Below, one piece after another: positions 1-12,858 of a stretch of 64,000 bases of DNA. Origin of the DNA: Vicugna vicugna (Eukaryota); assembly GCA_013265495.1 (NCBI GenBank), contig MU057744.1, positions 558,001-622,000 of the forward strand, given 5' to 3'. The translations under genes and the position numbers were made by a program. The stretch's first letter is position 1. Each line of letters begins with the position of its first letter. The notes beneath the pieces are model-generated. The model was not told the origin of the DNA. It was given only the letters and a program-made list of their open reading frames with translations, and did no database searches.

Positions 1-1202
1 TAATGAAAACGTGCATCTTGGCTGCTCCAGCTACTAGGTGAGGGACTGAGGACGAGCTCTACAGTGGCTGAATCAGGCTGATGCCACAAAAAGCAAGCAG
101 CCAGACGTGCTCTGCCTCCTGCCATGATGTCACGGAAGGTGCAAAGCACCCCTCAGCCGATCATGAAATCGAGAACTGGGACCTAGTCCAGCCTCTAGAA
201 CTAGAGCCACAGGAACGCAATCAGCCAGATCCAGAGTGTGGGAAGTTCTACAGAACAAAGGGCCCAGTTTCACCAACAAGTAAAGGACATTAAAAAAAAA
301 GTGGTTGGGAGGGTGTCAGGGTTAAGAAGACGTGGCACACACCACACACGGCAATGCGTGGGCCTTGTCGGGACCCAGAATCAGGAGAACTGTTAAAACA
401 ATTATGACAAAACTGGGAAAAATTAGACAGTGGGGATGAGATGATCACAAGGAATTATATTACCATCACTGACTGTCGTAAGTTTAAAAAAAGTCCTGTC
501 AGTCAGAGGTACCTACTGAAGTATTCACAGGTAGAATGATTTGCTCCTTGACATTTGTTTCAAAACACCACAAAGAACAATTAAAGCTGGGCAATAGTCA
601 TGTGCGGCTCTCTTCTCTGATTGCTCCCAAGGTTTAGGTAAGTTTGAATGCTGCCAGAATACACTTAAGAAAATCGGACGCAGTAATCTGGTGGTCTGGA
701 GGTGGAGAGGAGGTGGTGCAGTGATCCGGGCACAAGGGCTGAAAGTCTGAATGAGGACAGGTGGGCAGACTGCAAGGGACGACGGCGCCGGACAAATGTC
801 TGGCCTTAGGGATGACGTGGACTGCAGAGACAGGAGTCACCCCTGGTTCCGACGCTTCCAGCAGAAAGCAGGTGGAGATGGGCAGGCGGAGAGGGTAGCG
901 GGGAGGGCAAGCGGCTGCAGACATCGGGGTTGGGTTTCGAAGGACGGCAGCTTTGCTGAGTATAAAGCAACGAAAGAACACCTCTTTGAACTGTCCACAG
1001 AAGGAAGCTACGGGGCGAGACACGCTCCTGCCTTGGAAAAGGGAAGACAACGCTCTCAGCCCACTGGAGAGAGTCTTAATACTGGAAAGAGCACCTAAAA
1101 GTACTACTTTAGAACTATCACCTTTTGGTTCCTAATACGATCCATCTGAGTTTCCCGGGGATATAACAGGGCCATCTGTCCTTCCTTCGGCATCATTTAC
1201 TA

Positions 1203-1830
1203 CTTTATTTACAGGGGCGTAATTTACATTCAGTACAGCACACAGATGTTAAAGTGTTCATTTCTATGGGTTTTGACAACTGCATACACCCATGTAACCA
1301 CCACCCAGAGTAAGGCACAGCACATTTTTATCACCCCATGAAATCTGTCTGTGCCCCCTTTTCTGGTCAGCTCCCCTTCTCACTGCCCCCACTCCTTGCA
1401 GGGACAGCTCCTGTCCTGAATTGACCACATCTCCACTTTGCCTGTCCTGGGGTTCCTGTGACTGGAACCACACAACATGTACCCTTTTGCCAACACCATG
1501 ATTCTGAGCTTCACCCTTACTGGCAGGTGTAGCAGTAGTCTGTAGTCTGTTCCTTTTTATTGCTGTGTAATAGTCCACTGTGTAAATACATCACAACTTA
1601 GTTATACATTGTCCCACTGACAGACATTCAGGTCATTTCCGGCTTTTGGCTGTTAGTAAAAAGGCTACCATGGATATTCTTGTACCAATCTTTTCATGGC
1701 CATATGTTTTAATTTCTCTTAGGTAAATACCCAAAAATGGAATTTTAGGGTCACAGGTTAGGGGTATGTTTAATTTTATAAGAAACTGCTAAACAGCCGT
1801 CCAAACTGGTTGTATCATTTAAATCCGCCA
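1203..1830 (-). mobile_element. Old L1 (L1M) 3' fragment
   Basis: Typical L1M 3' motifs in reverse (TTTATTGCTGTGTAATAGTCCACTGTG, TAGGTAAATACCC..GGAATT). Subfamily and ends approximate. Confidence 0.7.
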
Positions 1831-2297
1831 CCTATCACTCATTAAGTGACAGGATTTATAGACTCTGTAATTCTTTGAGTATTTTGGTTTTATCATTCCC
1901 AATGACCAACACATATTTTTCTGTATTAACTTACTGTAAACATTTTTGAAGTATGTTACACGTACTGCTGTTTAAGCTACTCAGGACAGATGTCTCATGG
2001 ATAATACACTGCTTAAAACAGTCTCCCCACAGCTCTTAAAGAAAACACTTCAAGATTTAGGAACAAATTGCAAAGGATCTTACACCAGCTCAGATGCAGA
2101 ACTTCTTACTGGGAAAAGGAATGGGAAATAAACAGAGAGGTCAGATTGAGTTCGGTAAAGAAAGATTCAGAAAGTATTTGTCTGGTAAGGCATTTGGCAA
2201 GAAAAAGCAGTTTAATTTCAGTCCTTGTTTTGTACAGCTTTATGTCTGACCTTTATGTCTGACCAATAGTTTTTACTTATGAAGCACTGACACTTAC

Positions 2298-2504
2298 TTG
2301 CAGGGATGGACTAAGACAGTCTCGTAGTATTTCCTGATGATTTGGTTCACGAACTATTTCAAAAATTTGTTTTCTCTCTTGTGAGGGGTGAGCTGGCGAC
2401 AAGATATGCACCAGCAGCCTCCCGAGCTGCATTCGGAAGGTCTCCCTGCAGGAGCCCAGGAGTTTAGCCCACTGCTGTCTGGGACCACTGGTTTTACTTG
2501 AACC
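2298..2504 (-). CDS. LYST: LYST exon 31 (207 nt)
   Basis: tttaag|GGT...[46 protein letters not shown]...DCLSPSLQ. Confidence 0.94.
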
Positions 2505-2624
2505 CTTAAATCAAAACAGGAATGAATTAGGATCAAACCTCTTAAGTAACAATAAACTAACATCAACACAGCCCTAAAAATCTAGGAATATGTTTTACAC
2601 AAATGGGAGTTTGAAAGAGGCAGA

Positions 2625-3135
2625 CAGACATGGATGTTTATTTATAGCAGCATTGTTCAAAATAGCCAAAACATAGAAACAATCCAAATATCCACTGCTG
2701 GATGAATGGATAAACAAAATGTGGTATATACATAGAATAGAATATTGTTGAGCCTTGAAAAGAAATTAAGTTCTGCTTCAGAATGGATGAACTTGAAAAC
2801 ATTACACTGAAATGAACAACGAAATAAGCCACGCACAAAAAGGGTAAGTAATGTTAAATATTGTGTAACTTATAAGAGGCATCCAGAGAGTCAAATTCAT
2901 AGAGACAGAAAGTACAACAGTGGTTATCAGGCACTGGGGGAGAGGCTGATGGGGACTTAGGTTGAAAGAGTACAGAGTGTCAGTTTGGGATAATGGAAAA
3001 AGTTCTGGAGATGGATACTGGTTGTGGTTGCACAACAACGTGAATATACTTAATGCTGCTGATTTATATACTTAAAAACAGTTAAAATAGTAAATTTTAT
3101 GTTACCTATACTTTGCCACAAGTGAAAAAAAAGAA
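2625..3135 (+). mobile_element. L1MB-like 3' end
   Basis: CAGCATTGTTCAAAATAGCCAAA, GGATAAACAAAATGTGGTATATACATA, AAAAGTTCTGGAGATGG, then an A tail. Confidence 0.8.
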
Positions 3136-3195
3136 TAGATAAAGAAGCTAAAGTCCTAAGTCACTTAACAAAATTACTTAGGGCTTGGAAACTTT

Positions 3196-3226
3196 AAAAA
3201 AAAGAAAGAAAGAAAGAAAGAAAAAA
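3196..3226 (+). repeat. A-run plus (AAAG)n microsatellite
   Basis: AAAAAAAAGAAAGAAAGAAAGAAAGAAAAAA. Confidence 0.9.
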
Positions 3227-4168
3227 CCATCAAAAAATAATAGTAGCTAAGTCTACATCGATTTTGCAATATAAAAGAGAAAGGAGCCATAATAAAGATC
3301 TGAATTAGGACTAAAATACTGAGCATAACTGTCACGAATTAAGAACTGCATGTAAACTGACTATCAACACCCCCAACAAATAACCAAGCAAGCTGCTTCC
3401 AATGTGGCCCCACTGAGACTAACCCAACCCTGATCAGATATCCTGTATCTGGTTTAAAACCTGGAATCAGTACACTTTAGAGTTCATTCTGAGTTTCGGA
3501 AATGGCTCTCCAGTCACTCCTAGTCCTAAGGACCCTGCATGAGTGATCTGGATCTAAGTGGAACCTACAGACAACATCGAGCTTAGGTCAGAGCCTGGCC
3601 CAGTCGTGACCGATGAGTTCTGCTGGAAGCAGAGCTGCCTCTGGTCTCCACGGAGCCTGCTGACCAACTGTCCCTGCGGCCAGCTGTGCGTGGCCCACAG
3701 AGACCCAGTGGGGTGGATGGAAAACGGAGCCTGACGCTTGTCAGTGCTCTCTGTGAAAATCTGAAGAAGCTGGGTATGTTTAAGCCAAGATCTAAACTTT
3801 GTAATTATTTGTAATAACAATAATAATTCTAGAGTAAGTAGCTTTAAATAAAGTCTTTAAAACACAGGTTATTAAACTCTCATAGTCACCATCGAGTTCC
3901 TACTCCTTTCTGATGCTGATCTGAGTTACTAAATCACAGTATTAGAAAACAACTTTCGGGTAAAGCCTTAAAAACTCACTGCAAGAAGTGAGCCCTTTTG
4001 GAAAAGGGAAGGTAGCAACATATTTTACTCCATTATTAAAATTCAAGTTGTCTGAGTTTCAGAAAACTGGGTGAAAGAGTAGAAAAGTGATTTTGAAAAC
4101 ATATGATGCACACAGAACCTCTGCTCTTTCTGTGTGAATGAGCACTTCCATGTGATTGGTTTACTTAC

Positions 4169-4350
4169 AGTAGATGTTTTGAATGCTTCTACCAGATAGG
4201 TGAACACCTCTTTCTGAAACGGGTTGACAGCAGAAGGCTGCTGTTCATGATGAATATTTTCTTCAGAAATTTCAGTCTCGGAAACTGAGGTCTGGCTTTG
4301 AGCAGCATTTTCTGGAGTACTCAAAATGTCAATAACGTCTGGATTAAACT
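4169..4350 (-). CDS. LYST: LYST exon 30 (182 nt)
   Basis: tcaaag|AG...ACT|GTAAGT; (E)[17 protein letters not shown]...[10 protein letters not shown]. Confidence 0.94.
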
Positions 4351-4748
4351 CTTTGAATTAAAAAAAAAAATTCAGTCAAATCACCAGGACCTAGCCATCA
4401 CAAATGGTAGTGATGCTGGTAAAAAATATTTTGTGTAACTACTAATTCGGTTATCACCCTGTAAATGTGTGGTAGGTGCATTAGATGTAGAAACTACAAT
4501 ACACTAGAGCAACAGAATTCACCTAAAGCAACGTAGACATTTAAACATACGTAAGACATGCAATTCTAAATTAAAGATTGATTTTCCTAATGACGATGAA
4601 TTAAACTGCAATACTGTTAAAGTCATGAGGTTCTTCTACAAATTAAACACAAACCTTGTGGTATTTACATTTGATGGACGTGCAGACCTGTTTCACTGCA
4701 CACGCTAGCCCATTAAATGCTGCATGTGATACAAATGGTTCAACTTCA

Positions 4749-4880
4749 GGGGAGGATATAGCTCAGAGGCAGAGCGTGTGCTTAGCATGCACGAGGTCCT
4801 GGGTTCAATCCCCAGCACCTCCGACAGACGAATGAATAAATAAACAAGCTTAACTATCCCCCACCAAAAAGACAAAACAA
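4749..4880 (+). mobile_element. tRNA-Ala-like SINE (Vic-1-like)
   Basis: GGGGAGGATATAGCTCAG (A box)...GGTTCAATCCCC (B box), A-rich tail, TSD AAATGGTTCAA(C/T)TTCA at 4733-4748 and 4881-4896. Confidence 0.88.
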
Positions 4881-5084
4881 AAATGGTTCAATTTCATAGT
4901 TTAGCCTGTTTGCCCCAAATATAAATTAGAAAAGTTAAAAGAAAAAACAAAAAACCTTGAACGTATTATATTTTTCTAGTGATCAACTTTCATGTATCTT
5001 TTACTTTTTCCTGCCCTTCTTAGGGTCATTTGAACATTTTTTAGAATTTTGACGTATTTGTAGCACTTTTGAGTAAATTTCTTT

Positions 5085-5204
5085 TTTGACGGGGGGATGA
5101 CAAGTAATTAGGTTTGTTTATTTTTTTAACGGAGGGACTGGGGATGGAACCCAGGACCTCACGCATGCTGGGCATGCACTCTGCACTGAGCTCTACCCTC
5201 CCCC
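5085..5204 (-). mobile_element. tRNA-Ala-like SINE (Vic-1-like)
   Basis: Reverse-complement tRNA head; approximate TSD TTGAGT..ATTTCTTT on both sides. Confidence 0.85.
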
Positions 5205-5289
5205 TCTTGAGTGTATTTCTTTGTACAGCTTTTTAGTGGTTGTTGTAGATATCAAATTTTACACATAAATATATAAATCACTAGCTACT

Positions 5290-6045
5290 ACAGAAACACA
5301 AATTAAAAGCACAATGGTCTATCCCTCCACTGTCAGAACGGCTAAAATTTAAAATAGTGAGGATTCCAAATACTGGTGAAGATGTGAAGAAAACTGGGTC
5401 ACTCATACATTGCCAGCAAGAATGTAAAATTACACTGCCACTCTGGAAGAGTTTGGCAGTTTCTTAACAAGAACAAAACACACAACTACGATACAATTCA
5501 GAAACCGCACTTCTGGACATTTATCCCAGAACAGCAAAGACCTATGTTCACACAAAAACTTCCATGTGAATTTTTATAGCACTAGCTTTACTTGTAATAG
5601 CCCATAACTGGAAAACACCCAGATCATCTTTCGACAGGCAAATGGCTAAACTGTGGTATCTCCACACCATGGAAGACTAGTCACCAAAGCCAGAAAGGAA
5701 CAAAATATTGACACACACAAGAACGGGCATGACTCTGCAGAGAATTGTGCTGAGTGAAAAAGGCCAGTCCTAAAAGGCCACGTACTGTATGATTCCACTT
5801 ATTAACATCCTTGACATGACGAAAATATAGAAATGGCGATCGCGGGAAGTGGGTGTGGCTGTAAGAGGTAACATAAGGATCCCTGTGGTGACGGAATGCT
5901 CTTTTTCTCAACAGTATCAGTGTCAATATCCCTGTGGTGATACTGGACCATTGGAGGAAACTGGATACAAGGTACATGGAATCTCTCTGTAATACTTCCT
6001 AATAATTGCATGTGAATCTATGATTATCTCAATAAAAGCTTAAAA
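5290..6045 (+). mobile_element. L1M (L1MC/MD-like) 3' fragment
   Basis: ORF2 3' and 3'UTR motifs ending TATCTCAATAAAA. Confidence 0.72.
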
Positions 6046-6284
6046 GATATACCAGAGGTGCTGTTCTGTTTCAAACTCAATGCTCAATCTAGCATTTAAC
6101 ATATTAAAAAGCAGAATTTTATTCATGGCTATTAGTCCCAAATAAAAAATTCTTGTAATAGTGTGTATGCTAAGAATAAAAATATAATGCTGTTTAAAAA
6201 TTTGAAGCCTAGTCAGCTCTTTCTTAAATTATTTCTCTTTTAATGCAATACCTGAGCAAGAACATATTTATTCTCTAGTCCTAC

Positions 6285-6476
6285 CTTGGTAAATTATCCT
6301 GTTAACTGCTAAAATGGCGAGCCTCTGCAGCCTCTGGGCAAGCTCCGTCTCGGTTGCCTGGACTGGGCTCTCCTGGCTCATCCTCCGTTGCATCATCATG
6401 TGAAGTTCATCACTTGCTACCGAGCGCATTTTCATCAGAAGAGAGTCAGTTTGCGCAAGAGGAAATTTTCGAGGAC
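6285..6476 (-). CDS. LYST: LYST exon 29 (192 nt)
   Basis: ctcgaag|GT...G|GTAGGA; (G)[24 protein letters not shown]...AVNRIIYQ. Confidence 0.94.
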
Positions 6477-9400
6477 CTTCGAGAATATGAATTAAAATGT
6501 CAAATGCCAGACTTAAGAAGGATGAAGGAAACTATTTTTGCTGTAACTTTTTGATTATCAGACCATGAAAAGAAGAGGTGATTCATACAAAGGAAAGAGA
6601 GCGATTGAGAGAAAGTGATGTTTCTCCCTCTCTGAAGAAGTGCAACAGTACTTCTGATTTCCAAGTCCTAAGCACGAATGTTGAAGCTTGTGACACAGCT
6701 TCATGGGATGGATATCATTTGGCAAAACTTTAATCTTCTGAAAAACTCAAAGATTTAGAAGGGTACGTGTATGTAGTTTCGAATGTTCTGACAAAATATT
6801 TTCAAATACTGTTTCACTTCCTTGTATTCCAGAATAATCAACAGATTTTAAGGCACATCATGTTTTAGTAAGAACATTATTCCTTCTGGGTAATTGACAT
6901 TGTTGAATTTTGTAGAGTAGTTTTGAAAAAGTGTGTAAGTGACAGAGTAGAAATCAGTCCAATGAAGGTGAAGAGGTCAGAAAGGAAAGCACCATTCCAG
7001 TAATTCATTATTAAAATGATTTGTTACGTAGGCACCCTACGAATTCAGTCCCACAGAGGCATTCCCTGAGAACCGTGTCCTCCGGTGGGGAGGTAGGGGT
7101 GCTGCTCCGGCACCATGACTGCACCTGCGCCGGGAGGTACCACACAGGTCGTGGATCCGGGAGAGATGGAGGGGACTGAGTCTTGGTGTAACGGACTGAA
7201 GGAGAAGGGCATCGGAAGTTGACCATAGGAACCAAAATGACGTCTGGGTATGTGAGGAATAATGGAGCCCTTCATTGGAATTGAACCTTTTTAAAATTAT
7301 GAAACCATGTATCAATTTCCATAAATAGCCTCTATAAATATTACTTAACATATGACTAAATTATGATAGGTTGTAATGACTCACCCTGCAAGATACACAC
7401 ACACATTTCAACAGCATTTCAGATTGCCCAGTATTTCAGATAATCTGTATTTTTCATCAGTTAATACATTTTGGTGGGTAGAGTCACCTTGGAGACAAAA
7501 ACGAACTAAGTGGGAAGAAAAAACTTCATATCTGGGACACATTCAAGAAAAATATTATCAGACTATGCTCTTAGTTTAAGAAGATTCTTGTAATGTCTGC
7601 ATCTCTGATGGCTTTCATGCTGGATAAGCAGCTGATAGTCACAATTCAGAGACACAGCAATAGGCCAGACCAGGAGATGTTAGGCCTCCTCCAGCGCCAG
7701 GCACCGGGAAGAGCGGGAGGGCGTCCCAGCAGCCAGCTGGGAGCTGCACTGAGCTGGCGTGGCCTGAAGGATGGTGCTTGTTTAGCCTCAGTTTCCTTAC
7801 ACGTGAGATGTGGGTTAGAAGGCAAAGTGCAGACCACCTCACAGGTGGGGACTTGTCACTATCTGACGCTACAGGAAATGCACTTGCTTACAGGCTTATT
7901 GACCATTTTCTCCAGTAAAACACAAGTTCCATGAGAGCAGATAAGGTAATGACTGGTACACGGCTGATGTTCAATAAATGTTTGATAGCTGAATGAACGG
8001 ATAAAGAGGTTTTTTATGCGGATTAAATAAGATAATGGATGTGAAGCACTGCCTGTCTCATACAAAGAATTAAAAGCTAACAGTTGGTATTGCTATTAAT
8101 GGTTGAAATATAAAGGAAATTCATTTGCATGTGAACTATGTCAATAACACAATATTTGTATACATATGCACACGCACATGTATGATTATTTATGACAGTT
8201 TAAACATACGTGTAGTACTTTAAATAATACTCTAACGCTTACTTCTTCCTTTGCGTACTAAGGTGATATGTAAAGGTTTTCATATTGATAGGTAGATAAG
8301 TGGAAAAAATACGTATATAAGAACTTACATTATAGCAATGTAATAATAACAAACCAAACAAACAAACCCCTTTGTTATTGATAATGGGGGGGGAGATCAT
8401 GGCAAATCAACGTAACAGATCGTTATGCATTCACTATAAAAATATATTACATGGAAAAGTGTCCACAGCACACTGATCGGAAACAGCAAGCAGTCTACAG
8501 ACAGAAGGCTGGAAACGACACTACCTAGGCAGCGTCCTCTCTCTCATACACGCCCACATCAAAGGCAGACACGGACCCACAGGAACCGGTGCTTTGTTCG
8601 CCGGGTAGGAGGCTCCATTGGAGCTCTGAGCAGAACGGTGCCCAGGAGTCAGGCTGAGAGAAGACTGAGCTGGCGGTAACACAGCAGCTCACGCCTCTAA
8701 GAGCATGAGAACTTACATCTAGATATGACGGAAGTGCTGCTGGAGAAACCCTGGCCCCATGCCACCGATGTCCCGGGTTCACAGCCTACGGTCAGAGGGC
8801 CTGGTGTGCGGGGCCAGGGGGCTGTGGGCTTGGAGACGCCACCTGTCTCAGCAGTTTTCAATAAAAACTAAGTGATTCTATTCAGGAAAAAACATCCCCC
8901 CTCCTTCAAAAAACATTTATCACTAATGAGAACAGCCAGTTTTGAATCTTTGAAGGAACAGTTCACCATCTAAATGATGGAGAAACAGACTCCGCTTAGT
9001 CACTGCAGCATCACGAACAAGTGGGCCGATGAGTTTGGTAACCACGCTGCTCAGAAGCAGGGAGCTTCAGCGCTGGGGACTTCGCATCAAGTGCACAAAG
9101 CCAATGCACTTTCGACAATAACTTTTGACTAACAGTGAGCTATTAAAACACAGTCTTCCCTAAATACATGCGTAAAACAACACGGGAGGAATTACCAAGC
9201 AACAGCATAACACACATGAAACGGAGTCATGAAGTCACTCCGTTTTATAAACTAGAGTCACGAAGACAGAATTTAAATAAGGCAGTACTCAAGGCAGGAA
9301 GAATTCTCAGGAGACCTGAGACGGAGGGTCCTGGAGACACGCCGAGCTGCTGCAAGGGGGTGGGCAGCAGCAGTGTCTAGTTCTAGGCCCCAGTACGTCT

Positions 9401-10269
9401 GAGGAATGGGAAGCTGCACTGGGTGACCTACAAAGTCTTTTATCAACTTCAAAACTTGCAGGAGTCTATAAGCCTCCTATGGCCCAGAGCGACTGCATTT
9501 CCTGAGACGGAGTAAAAGCATGAGCCCCAGGGTGAGGGGCGAGGAGTCAGGAAGCAGAGGCAGGAGGTTCAGAGAGAGGGCTGAAGGGTGCTTTCCACTT
9601 CTCTTCCACATCCAGAAACCCTGCAAAGGAGAGGTGTTCCAGAAGCGGCCTCCTGGCAGGCAGGGAGCTGGGCATGGCTGCCAGGCCTGGGGAAAGGCAG
9701 GACTCCGCCTGGCAAGGCAGGCCCACCAGGAGGGGCGCTCACGAGGAGGGAGTGTGTCCAGGCAAGAAATTAAGGAAGAAGGTACAGGGCAGTGGGTTAT
9801 GTGGATGTTTCAGAAGCTTTATTTACATAAGCTTTTCTTTCACATAATCTAAACATATTCCTGTGAGACCATGTATATTTAACAGCTTTTCTCTCCAGAT
9901 GAGTGTTTCTCATGGCTTTCAAATTTGGAACAGCACAAAACACAGTGACATAGTTCAGCACAGGTAGAGGAAAGATCTTGATTCAAAAGGCCTTAAGACT
10001 GCAAGGGTGATTAAACTTCAATTTACCAAGTATTCTGTTTGGAGATGTGTGTGTGTGCGTGTGCGAGTGCGTACACATATATCCACCATATTTACATGTA
10101 CATGTGTGTACACAGCCAATGTGTATTTGGGGGGCAGGATTTATGCTATATTCCTGGAATGTGTGTATAAGGGTCAGAGTGGATTTTGTGGAAAAAATAA
10201 GTAAGTCTAACAATGTTAGTGATTATTACTTGATGATAAGTCCTAATTTACAGCAAGCCCTAATGTCAC

Positions 10270-10900
10270 GTGCATTCTAACCTGACCCGAGCCACTGTCA
10301 CCTCTGCCTTCACTGTCGCAGCAGCCTCCTCCCTGCACTTCCCACTACCCTTCCCACCCTCCTCCAATCCACTCTCTATGCAGAAACCACAGCGGTCTGT
10401 GTAAAATGAAAATCTGGGTATGTCACGCTGCCTACTTAAAGACCTTTGGCACCTTCCCATTGGGATAAAACCCACACTCCCTAACGCGGCCTCTCTGACC
10501 GCACGTGAACCGGTCCGTGCCATCCTGTGCAGCCTCAGCCGGCCTCCCTGTCTCACGGAGCCCTGCGCTCTGGCCAAGTGGCTCTCTTCCCGTTCTCTGA
10601 GCAAGCGTAGCATTCTCCTGCCTCGGGGCCCGCACACGAGCTGTTCACCCCGCCTGAAACACTCTTCCTCTGACTCGGGCTACCTCCCATCTCCCTCCTC
10701 GTGCCTGTGCTGAAATCTCCTTCCTAACTCCAGGTGTGGGTCAGGTTGCCCCGTTCTGCTCTCTGTTCCTGCTCTCCACATATCTCTGCCATTTCATGGT
10801 CTCTGCAAGGCCAGAACCCGCGTCTTTATTTTCATCATTGTACCCTCAGCACTTACCGCAGTGCTCGGCACAGGGCGGGTGCTCGGCAGAGAGCTGACTG
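10270..10900 (+). mobile_element. L2 3' fragment
   Basis: Pyrimidine-rich L2-type motifs ending CAGTGCTCGGCACAG..GGTGCTC; heavily diverged. Confidence 0.55.
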
Positions 10901-11073
10901 AGAAGAGCACTGAAAAGAGAGCAGCAGGACAGTCTCCTCCGGGAGGAAAATCTCAGATTTTATAGTTTGACTTTTTAAACAAAGAAATGTTTTAAACATG
11001 TGAATGGCATCAGAACACAGGAGAGTCGAGCTACCTTCAATTTATGACGATTAAAATGTGATTTCGTGCTCAC

Positions 11074-11223
11074 CAGCAATGCTCCTTCGCTTCTGCAACA
11101 CTGCATGGTGGGGAGAAGGCGACTGGCACGAGTCTGCAAGGCTGTCAGGGTCATGGTTGGCGGTGGTCTTTATAAACTCCATGGCCGCCTGGAGAACTCT
11201 GAACTGCAGTGCGACAGCCATAT
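11074..11223 (-). CDS. LYST: LYST exon 28 (150 nt)
   Basis: tcctag|AT...G|GTGAGC; (N)[24 protein letters not shown]...QKRRSIA. Confidence 0.94.
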
Positions 11224-11899
11224 CTAGGAACAGAAGACACTAGAATGTTTTCACGCTATGTGGTTGTTAATTTTTTTACTGAATTGATTTTTATATTGAT
11301 GCAATATCTAAATTGTCAATAGTTTATTACTAGACATCACTTTTAAAAAATTTGATCAACATGGGTCCTTGATGGCAAAAACATTTAACTGTTCTTAAAA
11401 ACAATTCTAAAGCAAATTTCCAAATGATCACTACAAAAAATTCAATGGAAAAAACTAGCTCACAAACTGATTTCATTCTATGTAATTGTTTCAAAGAACA
11501 GGCTTTTTAACATATGAGGCAAAAGTTTAACCAGAAATCCTCACATTCTTCTGCCCCATATTCACTTTAATATTTGCCATTAAAGAAAACTAAAGGGTAT
11601 TATTATTCAGCAAACGTCTTCTGATTCTACTTGTAAGAAAAATCAGCAGCTTCCCTGAATAATGTGTTGCCAGCTACTAATTACATCAAGGAATCACTGT
11701 CTTATTTTTGCCACTTAAGGCTTCTTTTCAAAGCTGGTAAACAAAGTACAGGATGAACTTTTAGTAAAACAGTTTCTCTCTCTAACCCACTCTCTACACG
11801 GAAGCCGGAGAAAGAGGATTAAGTTCTAATAATAACATTTTTGGCTATTATACAACTCCCCCCGCCCCACCCGCCAAATCCATCAAAATTAAATCTTAC

Positions 11900-12066
11900 T
11901 TTGTGTCCTCTTGTTTTTGCTGTTTTGAAGATATCCAAGCAGTACAATGAGGTCTTCAATAACTCTAAAATACTGTGAGCCCGAGGAACTGCAAGCGTGG
12001 ATTGTAACTGCTATGAGGAGCTGCTGTATGTCACAAGCCAGCAGTCTGTGTTCATTCGAAGGAACG
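11900..12066 (-). CDS. LYST: LYST exon 27 (167 nt)
   Basis: ctgtag|C...[32 protein letters not shown]...NSKNKRTQ. Confidence 0.95.
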
Positions 12067-12641
12067 CTACAGAAAAAGGACAGATAACGTAAGGCGAAAA
12101 GAACTGGTCTAAACTCCTGCCCACCAGCACTGGCTCCTCGGCGCGTTCCCTTGGTGTGCATCCTGCGTACTCAATGGCGGGTCACCCGACCCACACGCCA
12201 GGAGCAGACATGAGATGACACCCTTGACTCCTGTCACAGCCGGGCTTGCAGAGGGCCCGACAGGTGACCAGGTGACTGTGAATGGTAAACGGCGTAAGTG
12301 TAACAACAAGAGGTGAACACAAGACGCTGAGGGAGTGCACAGGCATTTGTGCCATGCTGAACAGGAAGATTCTGGGGGCACCAACAGGGATGTTCTGAGA
12401 AGGCTTCTCAGGGATGGTGACTTTGACTCAATCAACCTCTCTGAGTCTCACTTACACAAATTATAGTTATTTTAAGGATTAAGTGAGATAATAGATTTGA
12501 ACATATATTAATCACTTATAAATACCTAATAAATATGAATTAGTTACTTCTGTCCCTCAATTTTTAAACTTATTTATAAAATCTACTTCAGTGTGTGACA
12601 TTAAGCCTCTCCATTTACTTTTCCAAAATCAGGCAAGAGTT

Positions 12642-12858
12642 GGGAATTTGAAATTTGTAGATACTGACAGTCACATGCAGAATAGATAAACAAGATTATA
12701 CTGTAGAGCACAGGGAAATATATACAAGATCTTGCGGTAGCTCACAGTGAAAAAGATGTGACAATGAATATATGTGTGTTCATGTATAACAAAAATTGTG
12801 CTCCACACTGGAATTTGACACAACATTGTAAACTGACTATAACTCAATTAAAAAAAAA
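12642..12858 (+). mobile_element. Lineage L1 3' end (5'-truncated)
   Basis: GACACAACATTGTAAACTGACTATAACTCAATTAAAA terminus; imperfect TSD AAAATCA....AGAGTT. Confidence 0.75.

Noticed and set aside
634..1135. Cluster of 60-138 aa ORFs
   Set aside because: Intronic, with no LYST or other recognisable homology; exon 32 is expected beyond the window edge.
2238..2264. 13-bp tandem duplication CTTTATGTCTGAC near the exon 31 donor
   Set aside because: Ordinary slippage-type duplication, more than 30 nt from the splice site.
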